Positions 46,379 through 55,050 of a stretch of DNA of 64,000 bases are shown piece after piece. Made by a program: the position numbers and the translations under genes. The stretch's first letter is position 1. Every line of letters begins with the position of its first letter. The stretch is taken from positions 512,001 through 576,000 of the forward strand of contig OY762897.2 in the NCBI GenBank assembly GCA_963666515.2, given 5' to 3'. The notes under the pieces were generated by a model. That model saw only the letters and a list, made by a program, of their open reading frames with translations. It searched no databases and was not told where the DNA came from. This DNA is from Candidatus Binatia bacterium. GTDB lineage: Bacteria > Desulfobacterota > Binatia > UBA9968 > JAJDTQ01.

Positions 46379-48775
46379 ATGTCGCAAGATACAGCCGTAG
46401 GTGGCGGCTTGGGCCCAGACAACGCTGACGTCACCCAGCCCATTGAGCCGTCGATACGTAACGCCCTGCCGCATTACCTGCCACTGGGCATTTTTCCGCT
46501 GCTGCTTGCTGCCGTGATGTACGGCGGCTGGTGGTTGTTGCCGCCTTTTCTCTTCATGAGCGTCGTGGGTCCGCTTGATCGGGCGCTCGGTCCCGACGGC
46601 CGCAACATGGATCCGGAGAACACGCCGGAACGCCGGTTGCTCTGGCACAATCTGCCGGTCTGGACCTGGGCGTTTCTGTGGCCGGCGACGCTTGTTTTCG
46701 GCATGTGGCAGATCCTTGTCGCGAATCAGTTCGCGATCTGGGAAGCCGTGATCCTGGTGATCCTTCTCACCATGGAAGCACAGGCTGTCTTCGTGGTCGG
46801 TCACGAGTTGATTCACCGGCGCTCTACCTGGGAACGGCGGCTCGGAGAATTCCTGCTCGCCTCCGCTTCCTATCCGCAATATTCGACGGAACATGTCTAC
46901 ATCCACCATGCCAAGGTCGGCACGCCCCTTGATGTGGGATCCGCTCCAAAGGGGGAAAGTTTCTGGAGATATTTCCCCAGGGAGATCGTAAGCAACGTCA
47001 CCAACTCCTGGGACTTCGCCGGCGAACGCCTGGCGCGGCGCGGTCTGCCGCGGTGGCATTACAGCAATCAGTTCTGGCGCTACGGCATCGCCGTCCTGTT
47101 CTGGTACGGACTGGTGTGGTGGATGAGCGGGATCCTGGCGGTGCTGGTCTTTGCCTTCCTCGGTCTGAGCTGTGTCTTCTCGATGAAGATCAGCAACTAC
47201 TTCCAGCACTACGGTCTGCGGCGGGTGCGTCAGCCCAACGGCCGTTGGGAAAAGGTGATGCCGCGCCATTCCTGGGACGCCGACTGGAAGTTCAGCAACT
47301 GGATGTTCTTCAACATGCAACGCCATTCGGACCATCATGCCGCGGCGTCCCGCCACTATCCGCTGCTCCAGGTTCGGAGCGCCGACGACGCGCCGGTCTT
47401 GCCGGGAACCTACGCCGACATGATGAACATCGTGCTGCGGCCGAAGCGATGGTTCGAGAAGATGGATCCGTTGGTGGATCAATGGCGTGCGCATTTCTAT
47501 CCGGAGATCGATGACTGGAGCGCCTACGACAGCCCGATTTCCGCGGCGCGGCCGGAGGCCTTCGAGGCGATCGTCGAAATCTTCGGCACCGCCCCGCGGC
47601 TCGCCAAGTGGATCGAACGCAATCCCGAGCTCCTGGACTGTTTGCAGGAACGGGAATTCACCGACCTCGACCTGCCCAAGGGATTCGGGCCGGACCGGGA
47701 AACCGAGGCGATTGCGCGGCGCGGGCTTGCGAGGCTCTATTGGACGCTGGAAATGGGCGTGCAGGAGATGAAGGACCTGATCGCCGAAATCCCCACGGCG
47801 GATGCCAGGGAAACCGCCGAGATCGTGCGAAACTGGTCGAACGACAAGGCGTTTCAGATCGCCATGCACGTCTTGCGCGGAAACCTGTCGCCGGCCGAGG
47901 CGAAGACCGCCCTGTCTAATCTCGCGGAAGCGTCGATTTCGACCTTGCTCGGCGCGGTGGTGGCGGATGTGGTCGAACGGTCCGGACCGCTTGGCGCGGG
48001 TGGGGCCGCGGCGATATTCCTGGGCGATCTCGCCAGCCGGGAAGTTTATCCCGGCGTTGCCATCGACATGCTGTTCGTCCACGCCGGCGGCAGGATCGGC
48101 GACAATGAACGGCTTTGCCGGCAGTTCCGGGAGACCCTCGCCGACTTGGCCCGGGACAGTCTGTTGTTCTCGCCAATCGCGCCCGACCCGAATCCCCTTG
48201 CGGCGCTGCCCCTTTCCGAGCTGGCCGGGCATTGCGGGAGTCCTGCTTCCGGCACCATTCCCGTGCTCACCAGGGCGCGTTGCGTGTTCGAGTGCGGCGA
48301 CTCCGACATCGGCCGCCGCTTCGACGAGGCACGGCGCGACGCCTTGGCCGACTGCGGACGGAACGAGTCCCTGACTGGCGAGCCGCTCGAGCCACGGAAA
48401 GACGCCGCCGAAACCGGCGTGTCTGCATACGCCGATATGCGCGGCGGGCTGAATGACGTCGAGAGGGCCGCGCGGTTCCTGCAGTTGACGAATGGCGGGG
48501 CGGGCCTGGACGATCCGGCTCCGCCCGCGGTGGGGGTGCTTCATGGCGCGGGGGCGGAGCCCCTGGCGCAAGCCGCGTCCCTGTGGCGGGATTTGCAGGG
48601 CATCACGCGCCTCATCGGTGAGGAGGGGTTTGACGTGACCGCGGCGGGGCCGAAGGTCCACTCCCTCGTCGCGAGCGCATGCGGACACGCGGATTTCGAA
48701 GCGCTCAAGGCGGCGGTCGCCGAAACCGCGTCCCGCGCCGCCGCCGAGATCGATACGCTTCTTTCCCGCGCATGA
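46379..48775 (+). CDS. AlkB-type membrane di-iron monooxygenase/desaturase fused to a degenerate GlnE-like domain
   Basis: His boxes HELIH, EHVYIHH, NYFQHYG, QRHSDHH; C-terminal LSNLAE, LGDLASRE....IDMLFV, TRAR.V, GGLNDVE. Confidence 0.8.
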   Translation: MSQDTAVGGGLGPDNADVTQPIEPSIRNALPHYLPLGIFPLLLAAVMYGGWWLLPPFLFMSVVGPLDRALGPDGRNMDPENTPERRLLWHNLPVWTWAFLWPATLVFGMWQILVANQFAIWEAVILVILLTMEAQAVFVVGHELIHRRSTWERRLGEFLLASASYPQYSTEHVYIHHAKVGTPLDVGSAPKGESFWRYFPREIVSNVTNSWDFAGERLARRGLPRWHYSNQFWRYGIAVLFWYGLVWWMSGILAVLVFAFLGLSCVFSMKISNYFQHYGLRRVRQPNGRWEKVMPRHSWDADWKFSNWMFFNMQRHSDHHAAASRHYPLLQVRSADDAPVLPGTYADMMNIVLRPKRWFEKMDPLVDQWRAHFYPEIDDWSAYDSPISAARPEAFEAIVEIFGTAPRLAKWIERNPELLDCLQEREFTDLDLPKGFGPDRETEAIARRGLARLYWTLEMGVQEMKDLIAEIPTADARETAEIVRNWSNDKAFQIAMHVLRGNLSPAEAKTALSNLAEASISTLLGAVVADVVERSGPLGAGGAAAIFLGDLASREVYPGVAIDMLFVHAGGRIGDNERLCRQFRETLADLARDSLLFSPIAPDPNPLAALPLSELAGHCGSPASGTIPVLTRARCVFECGDSDIGRRFDEARRDALADCGRNESLTGEPLEPRKDAAETGVSAYADMRGGLNDVERAARFLQLTNGGAGLDDPAPPAVGVLHGAGAEPLAQAASLWRDLQGITRLIGEEGFDVTAAGPKVHSLVASACGHADFEALKAAVAETASRAAAEIDTLLSRA

Positions 48776-48842
48776 CGCCTCCGCATCTTGCCATGCGAAT
48801 GAACCGGACGGGACACTAGCCGATCCGGCGCGGAAAACCCAG

Positions 48843-51158
48843 ATGCCAGCGCAAACGGACGCGAATCCCCGGCGCGGAATCCTGATCAGGACGACTCCCG
48901 CGGACCAGGGCCTTGTCGAGCTTCCCGCGCTTGCGCCGCACCTGCAATTCCACGATATCGGCGAAAAGCAGACGCTGCTGGTTTCCGAGTCGTTCAATAC
49001 CCTGCTGCACGGCAAGCTGTATTGCGATCTTCTGCCGCTGCTCGACGGCCGGCGCCCGCCGGACGAGATTGTCGCCGCCCTCGATGGCGCCCATGCCGCC
49101 GCCGACGTTCTTGCGGCCATGGTTTCGCTCTCCGCCAAGGGCTATGTCGTCTCCGCCGATCACGGCATGGACCGACCACGGGCAGCCTACTGGTCGTCGC
49201 TTGGCGCATCGCCGCGCTGGGTCGAGCGACGGCTGGCGGAATCGCGCGTCGCGGTTGAAGGTGACGAGGGCCGGTTCATCCGGCATCTGGAAGAGGGCGG
49301 TGCCGGCGTGGGGACCGGCGGTCCCAAACTTACGGTCGTCGTCTGCGACGATTATCTTGAAGCACACCTTGCGGAAGTGAATCGGCGCCGGCTTGAGGCG
49401 GGAGCGCCGTGGACGCTGGTGCGGCCGCGCGGCATGGAGGCGCTGTTCGGCCCCGTCTTTCGCGCGGACAAGCGAGGACCCTGCTGGGACTGCCTGGCTT
49501 ACCGCCTGCGCAGCCACCGGGAAGTCCACGGTTTTCTGCGCAACGTTGCCGGCGAGGAGGCTGCCTTCAAGCCGTTCGCGGCCCAGCCCGCGGTGCTGGA
49601 AGCGCTGTACGGGCTGATCGCCGCGGAGATGGTCAAATGGCTGGTGCTGGAGGAGGCCGCACCGATTCACGAGCACGCGATCACCATGAACGTCGGCGCC
49701 TTCGCAAGTTCGCAGCATCGGGTCATGCGCCGGCCGCAGTGCCCGGCCTGCGGCGACGAAGCGTTGCATCGGCCGGATCGACCGCCGGTCCCGCTGTGTC
49801 TGAAGGCGAGTCCCAAAGCCCATCTCAACAGCGGCGGCGCCCGCGCCGTGGCGCCGGAAGTGACCCTGGCGAAGTACCGCCACCTAGTGAGCCCTATCAG
49901 TGGTGTCGTGACCTGGCTTTCGCGCACCACCGATGAGGCCGATCCCTGGCTGCATGTCTACTGGGCCGGAAGCAATCTCGGCATGAGAAGCCGGAGCCTG
50001 AGTTCGCTCCGGCGCAGCCTGCGCAGCAAGAGCGCCGGCAAGGGCAGCACGCGAGAGCAGTCCGAGGCCAGCGCGCTGTGCGAGGCCGTCGAGCGCTATT
50101 CGGGCGCCTTTCATGGCGACGAGATCCGCGTCCGCAAGCGATTCGTCGAATTCGCCGGAGAGGAGGCGATCCATCCCAACGATGCGCAGTTGTTCAGCGA
50201 CCGTCAGCTCGACAACGCGAAGAGCATCAACGCGAAGGGCCACCCCTACAACATCGTCCCGCCGCGTCTCGACCCCGACGCCGAAATCGACTGGACGCCG
50301 GTGTGGTCACTCACGCAGGAGCGGCCTCGCTACCTGCCGACGTCCATGCTCTACAGCATGCCGGCCGAGCAGCGCGGCTCCTCGGACCTGATCGCCGATT
50401 CCAACGGCTGCGCCGCCGGCAATACCCTGGAAGAGGCCATCCTGCAGGGCTTCTATGAACTGGCCGAGCGCGATGCGTTCGCCATCTGGTGGTATAATTG
50501 TCTGCGCGTGCCCGCGGTCGATCTTTCGAGCTTCGACGACGAGTACCTGGCCTCGGCCTCGGACCATTACGCCCGCTACGAGCGGGACCTTTGGATGCTG
50601 GACGTCACCTCCGATATCGGCGTTCCCGCGTTCGTTGCGCTCTCACGCCGGCCGGACGCCCAGACCGAGGACATCATTTACGGCGCCGGAGCCCACGCCG
50701 ACCCGCGCATAGCGGCCCTGCGCGCGGTTTGCGAGTTGAACCAGTGCCTTACCTGGCTGCCGCGTCCCGGAAGCGGGGACGGCCGGCCCATGATCGATGA
50801 TCCGCTGGCGCTTTGGTGGTGGAAGACGGCAAGACTCGCGGACTGCTCCTGGCTGGCGCCCGCGGCGGACGTTTCTCCGCGCAAGGCCGGGAGCTATCCG
50901 GTGATCGAATCGACGGACGCGCGCGAAGACGTGGAGCACTGCCGCGCGCTTGTCGAAGCCGGGGGGATGGAGTTCCTGGTGCTGGACCAGACCCGGCCCG
51001 ACATCGGCATGCCCGTGGTACGGGTCATCGTGCCGGGCCTGCGCCACTTCTGGGCAAGATTCGCGCCCGGGCGCCTGTACGACGCGCCGGTCAGCATGGG
51101 CCGCCGCGAGCGCCCCCTCGCCGAGGCCGATTTGAATCCCGCGCCTGTCATCGCGTGA
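48843..51158 (+). CDS. srpC: TOMM cyclodehydratase: leader-binding/E1-like domain fused to YcaO
   Basis: GPVF...GPCW.CL..R, RRPQCPACG, SAGKG, CEAVERYS, SNGCAAGNTLEEA, ELAERD, PGLRHFW, C-terminal PAPVIA. Confidence 0.92.
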   Translation: MPAQTDANPRRGILIRTTPADQGLVELPALAPHLQFHDIGEKQTLLVSESFNTLLHGKLYCDLLPLLDGRRPPDEIVAALDGAHAAADVLAAMVSLSAKGYVVSADHGMDRPRAAYWSSLGASPRWVERRLAESRVAVEGDEGRFIRHLEEGGAGVGTGGPKLTVVVCDDYLEAHLAEVNRRRLEAGAPWTLVRPRGMEALFGPVFRADKRGPCWDCLAYRLRSHREVHGFLRNVAGEEAAFKPFAAQPAVLEALYGLIAAEMVKWLVLEEAAPIHEHAITMNVGAFASSQHRVMRRPQCPACGDEALHRPDRPPVPLCLKASPKAHLNSGGARAVAPEVTLAKYRHLVSPISGVVTWLSRTTDEADPWLHVYWAGSNLGMRSRSLSSLRRSLRSKSAGKGSTREQSEASALCEAVERYSGAFHGDEIRVRKRFVEFAGEEAIHPNDAQLFSDRQLDNAKSINAKGHPYNIVPPRLDPDAEIDWTPVWSLTQERPRYLPTSMLYSMPAEQRGSSDLIADSNGCAAGNTLEEAILQGFYELAERDAFAIWWYNCLRVPAVDLSSFDDEYLASASDHYARYERDLWMLDVTSDIGVPAFVALSRRPDAQTEDIIYGAGAHADPRIAALRAVCELNQCLTWLPRPGSGDGRPMIDDPLALWWWKTARLADCSWLAPAADVSPRKAGSYPVIESTDAREDVEHCRALVEAGGMEFLVLDQTRPDIGMPVVRVIVPGLRHFWARFAPGRLYDAPVSMGRRERPLAEADLNPAPVIA

Positions 51159-51167
51159 GGAGACGAC

Positions 51168-52286
51168 ATGGAAATTGACGAGGCGGTCACGCTGACCCAG
51201 GGGCGGCTCGCCCAGGAGGGCGCCACTATGGCGGACTTGCTTGGGCACTTCCGCAAAAAGGTTTCGCCGGTGCTTGTGGGCGATCCGCAATGGCAGCGCA
51301 TACTCCAATGCGCCGGGCAACTCCCGATCACCATGGGCGCTCTTCCGTTCGGCTTCGAGCTGCCGCTGCATGAACCCGGGCCGGAGGCCGATTTCGGCGC
51401 CTCCCTCGCGAGCGGCACCAGAACCGCGGCGTTCTTCCGGGAGCGCGCGCGGACTGATGAAACGGATGAGACCGCGAGAGCCATCACGCGGTTGTTCGGA
51501 CAAATGGATGCCGAAAATTCACCTTTGCAGGAAATCGTCGGCCGCAAGTTGATGCTGGAATATGACATCGGCTCGGCGCGGGACAGGGAGCGTTCGCATC
51601 CGGGAATGTTCCTGCGGCCCGGCGAGCGCCCGATTGTCGGAGCCCGTGGTCAGGTGGACGATGTCGCTACGGTGGTTGACGCGCTCGTTTCCTGCGTAGG
51701 TTGGGAGGGGAGTGACGCCGAGCGCGAGAACGTCGAAAGGGTTTACCTGGCGCAGCCGGGAGATACCCGCCTGGATTCGTTCGGTGTGTTCCCGTCCCGC
51801 TCACGGTCCATCCGCCTGGCGATCATGGGCTTCAAGGCGCAGCAGGAACTGCGTGCCTATCTTGAAAACACGGGTTGGCCCGGTCGGGTCTCGGCCGTGG
51901 AGGCCGTGATTTCACGCTTCAGGGAACGTGCGAACGTCGTCAGGACCGGGGTGAACGTGGACGTGCGGGAAGAGGGTCTCGGTCCGACGCTCGGCCTGAC
52001 GCTCATCGTCAAGCAGAGGTATACAAAGGATTCACGTTACTGGCTTGACGGCCTGACCGACTGGGATCCGTTCCTGGAAGCCCTGGGCCAGGAGGATGTG
52101 GTCGTTCCGGAGAAGCTTGCGGCGCTGGCCGGCTGGGTTTCGAAAGCGACGCCGCTATTCGGGAAGTCCGGGCGTTTTGTGCTGATGCGCGGCATTCACC
52201 ACATCAAGCTGGTCATTTCCGGCGATCAGCTTCGCCAGGCCAAGGCCTACGTGTTCATGGTGCTCTCGGCCGCGGTCTCCCCTTGA
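51168..52286 (+). CDS. Conserved hypothetical protein of NHLP/TOMM clusters (possible ABBA prenyltransferase-like fold)
   Basis: FGFELPL...ADF, MLEYD, HHIKL, AKAY; 9 bp downstream of the YcaO gene with an AGGAG RBS; the fold assignment is inference. Confidence 0.55.
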   Translation: MEIDEAVTLTQGRLAQEGATMADLLGHFRKKVSPVLVGDPQWQRILQCAGQLPITMGALPFGFELPLHEPGPEADFGASLASGTRTAAFFRERARTDETDETARAITRLFGQMDAENSPLQEIVGRKLMLEYDIGSARDRERSHPGMFLRPGERPIVGARGQVDDVATVVDALVSCVGWEGSDAERENVERVYLAQPGDTRLDSFGVFPSRSRSIRLAIMGFKAQQELRAYLENTGWPGRVSAVEAVISRFRERANVVRTGVNVDVREEGLGPTLGLTLIVKQRYTKDSRYWLDGLTDWDPFLEALGQEDVVVPEKLAALAGWVSKATPLFGKSGRFVLMRGIHHIKLVISGDQLRQAKAYVFMVLSAAVSP

Positions 52287-52305
52287 CACCGGCCTGGAAC
52301 GGGAA

Positions 52306-52351
52306 AAACAAACCCCCGCCACCCCGCGATGGCGGGTGACGGGGGCTGTTT
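52306..52351. terminator. Putative bidirectional intrinsic terminator between convergent genes
   Basis: AAACA-aa-CCCCCGCCACCC loop GGGTGACGGGGG-c-TGTTT; GC stem with A/T tails. Confidence 0.6.
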
Positions 52352-52417
52352 CAAGCTGTGTACGGATGCGGATTCGGATTGTTCCGGATCTTGACCGGCT
52401 ACACGCCGGTTATGGGC

Positions 52418-52669
52418 CTACCAGCAGCAGCAAAGGCCGGCCGAGATGGCCTCGAGCTGCTCCTCGGTGATGTTCGGATCCGGCGGCAACGCGAGATGCA
52501 CCGTCTGCATGTCGCTCTCATGGACCACGACGTTCATCGAGTCGGGAATCGTGATGCCCAATTCCCCACTGATGGTGGCCTTCGGATCCGCGAGAAGCTG
52601 TTGCCTGAACTCCGGGTCCAGGGCCGACTTCTCAACAATCTGGTTCAGCATTTCGTCACCACTTCTCAT
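52418..52669 (-). CDS. srpE: NHLP (proteusin) RiPP precursor, core LCCCW
   Basis: Nitrile-hydratase-like leader (KSALDPEFRQQLLADPK..., VHLALPP, ITEEQLEAISAG) then LCCCW-stop; AGGAGG RBS. Confidence 0.93.
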   Translation of the reverse strand: MRSGDEMLNQIVEKSALDPEFRQQLLADPKATISGELGITIPDSMNVVVHESDMQTVHLALPPDPNITEEQLEAISAGLCCCW

Positions 52670-52702
52670 GGCAGTCCTCCTTTATTCTCATCCATGTTCA
52701 AA

Positions 52703-52730
52703 ACGGTAGCACACAATTTCGCAATGTCAA
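52703..52730 (-). promoter_or_regulatory. Dedicated sigma70-type promoter for the precursor
   Basis: Minus strand TTGACA (52730-52725), N16 ending TGC, TACCGT (52708-52703). Confidence 0.5.
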
Positions 52731-52761
52731 GCCCTTTGATATCGCAACTGACATGGACCGT

Positions 52762-55050
52762 TCACCTGGCGTCAATTCGTTCCACTGCCGTCAACAGCGC
52801 CGGCAGGAGCGTCAGGTCGGCAATGAGCGCGGAGCCGATGATGATCGCGGTCAAGACGCCGACCTGCGCGGTTGGAACGAACGGAGAAAACAGCAATATC
52901 AGGAAACCGGCCACCAGCACGACCGTGGTCGTGAACATGGCTTCGCCGGCCGTGTCGAAGGCGTGACGCACCGCTTCTTCCGGGCCTTGGCCGTCTTCCC
53001 GCCGCGCACGGCGGTACTTGCTGAGGAAATGCACGGTATCGTCCACGACGATGCCTACGGTCATGGCCACCACGACGGATAGCGAGAGTCCCACCTGTCC
53101 GACCGTCAATCCCCAGACGCCGAAACCCAGCACCGCGGGAACCAGGTTGGGAACGATGCTTATCAGACCCAGCCGCAGTGACCGCAAGGCGAAGAGGAGG
53201 ATGGCGGAGATGGCCAGCAGCACCACCATTGTCCCGACCACCATGGCGCGGATGTTGCGCTGTCCGATGTAGGCGAACAGCGCCGCGGGCCCGGTGCTGT
53301 TGACGCCGCCCACATGCGGCGCGTTCTCCCTCAGCCAGGCCTCGGCACGCGCGTTCAGTTCGAGCAGCTCCCGCGAAGAAAGCGTCTCCGCCGATATGGT
53401 CACGCGCGTGGCCGATCTGGATCGGTCGATCTGATTATTCAGGTTCAGACCCTGCGGGAGCGACAGCTCGTAGAGCACCAGGTATTGCGCCGCCAGCTCC
53501 TTACTCTCCGGAATCCGGTAGGCGGCCGGGTCGTTGCCGTGCATGCTCTGGTTGAGTTGCCGAAAGGTATCGGTGATGACCGCCACGTGGCGTACGCGGG
53601 GCTGCTCGCGGTACCAGGCGGCGAAGTTCGCAACGTCGGCGAGGAAACGGGGGTCGGTGACACCGCCCTCGGCGGCCGCCTGCAGCGAGTATTCGAGCAC
53701 GGTGTTGCCGCTCAGGCGCTCGTCCATGAAATCCGTATCCTGCCGAAACTGAACGCTCTTGTCGAAGAAATGAACCAGGACGTCATTCAACTCGTTGCGC
53801 GGAATGGCCAGAATCATGGCGGCCACGATCACCACCCATCCCCAGGTGATCATCTTCCTGTAGCGCAGCACGGCATCCGCCAGGAGGTTCATCGCGGGTC
53901 CGCGAAGCCGGCGGTCCCTTGCGGCACGGACCGGGAGAAGCGAAAGCACGGCCGGCAGAAAGGTGACGGAGAGAAGGAAGGAGGCGACGACACCGAAAGC
54001 GACGAAGTTGCCGAGATGACGGTAGGGAGGCACTTCGGAAAAGTTCATGCTCAGGAATCCGAGCGCCGTCGTGAGGCTCGCCAGAAACACCGGATGCAGG
54101 TTGAGCCCGACGGATTCGACGATGGCGTCGTGCGTGGAATCCCCGGCGCGCAGACGCTGCTGCAAAGCCACCAGCAGGTGCACGCAGTTTGCCACGACGA
54201 TCATCAGCACGATGGTCGGCGCCGGGGAGATGGGTGGGGAAAAAGGCAGACCGGCCCATGCGCCCAGACCCATCGACGCGAGAACGGAAAAGACGATGAC
54301 CATCCCGGTCGCCGCCACCCCGGCCCAACCCCGGGTGAGGATGCCGAGGATCAAGGCCATGAGCAGAAGGCTTGCGGGCAGGAAGATCATCTGGCTTCTG
54401 ATCGAGGCTTCCACGAAGGTCTGGTTGACCATGACCGTGCCGACGACGCGAAGGTCCATGCCGGGAAACCGTTCTTCCGCCTGCGCGGCCACCGATCTCG
54501 CGTATTCCGCAACTTCGCCCACGGCCTCCAGCAGGCCTTCCTGCGGCAGTTCGATGGTGACGCTGACGACGCTGACGTCACCGTTGCGGGCCAGCATGCT
54601 GCCTGCGAGACGAGGGTCGGACAAGGCGATGGCGCGGATTCGTGAGCGCGCTTCGGCCCGGGTCAGCTCCTGCGGGTCCACAAGATCCCGCACATACAGA
54701 TCGTCGCCGTCGGCGGTGGTGTATTGAAAGTTGGCGAGGGAGTCGACGCGCCTCGTATAGGGTGTCCGCCAAGCGGCCTCCGTGAGCCAGACGGCGGCCG
54801 AGAGTGCGTCTTGCGACATTGCGTCGCCGTCGTCCGGAACGATCAGGAACGCGACGTTCTCGTTCTTCCCGTAGGTATTCTCCAGCGCTTCCAGCGCCAG
54901 AAGCTGCGGATTGTCCTCGTCGAAGAAGATGCGGTAGTTGGCGGAGAACTCGAGGCGGGCAATGCCGCTTGCCGCCACCGCCACCAGGAACAGCGTGGTC
55001 AGGATGACCGGCCAGCGGTGCGCGAGCACCCATTCGGCAAATCGGGTCAA
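52762..55050 (-). CDS. MMPL/RND family transporter
   Basis: Two TM blocks, ASLTTALGF, PNLVP, GIVVDDTVHF, TT.VL.AGF; TTG start overlaps the upstream stop. Confidence 0.9.
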   Translation of the reverse strand: MTRFAEWVLAHRWPVILTTLFLVAVAASGIARLEFSANYRIFFDEDNPQLLALEALENTYGKNENVAFLIVPDDGDAMSQDALSAAVWLTEAAWRTPYTRRVDSLANFQYTTADGDDLYVRDLVDPQELTRAEARSRIRAIALSDPRLAGSMLARNGDVSVVSVTIELPQEGLLEAVGEVAEYARSVAAQAEERFPGMDLRVVGTVMVNQTFVEASIRSQMIFLPASLLLMALILGILTRGWAGVAATGMVIVFSVLASMGLGAWAGLPFSPPISPAPTIVLMIVVANCVHLLVALQQRLRAGDSTHDAIVESVGLNLHPVFLASLTTALGFLSMNFSEVPPYRHLGNFVAFGVVASFLLSVTFLPAVLSLLPVRAARDRRLRGPAMNLLADAVLRYRKMITWGWVVIVAAMILAIPRNELNDVLVHFFDKSVQFRQDTDFMDERLSGNTVLEYSLQAAAEGGVTDPRFLADVANFAAWYREQPRVRHVAVITDTFRQLNQSMHGNDPAAYRIPESKELAAQYLVLYELSLPQGLNLNNQIDRSRSATRVTISAETLSSRELLELNARAEAWLRENAPHVGGVNSTGPAALFAYIGQRNIRAMVVGTMVVLLAISAILLFALRSLRLGLISIVPNLVPAVLGFGVWGLTVGQVGLSLSVVVAMTVGIVVDDTVHFLSKYRRARREDGQGPEEAVRHAFDTAGEAMFTTTVVLVAGFLILLFSPFVPTAQVGVLTAIIIGSALIADLTLLPALLTAVERIDAR

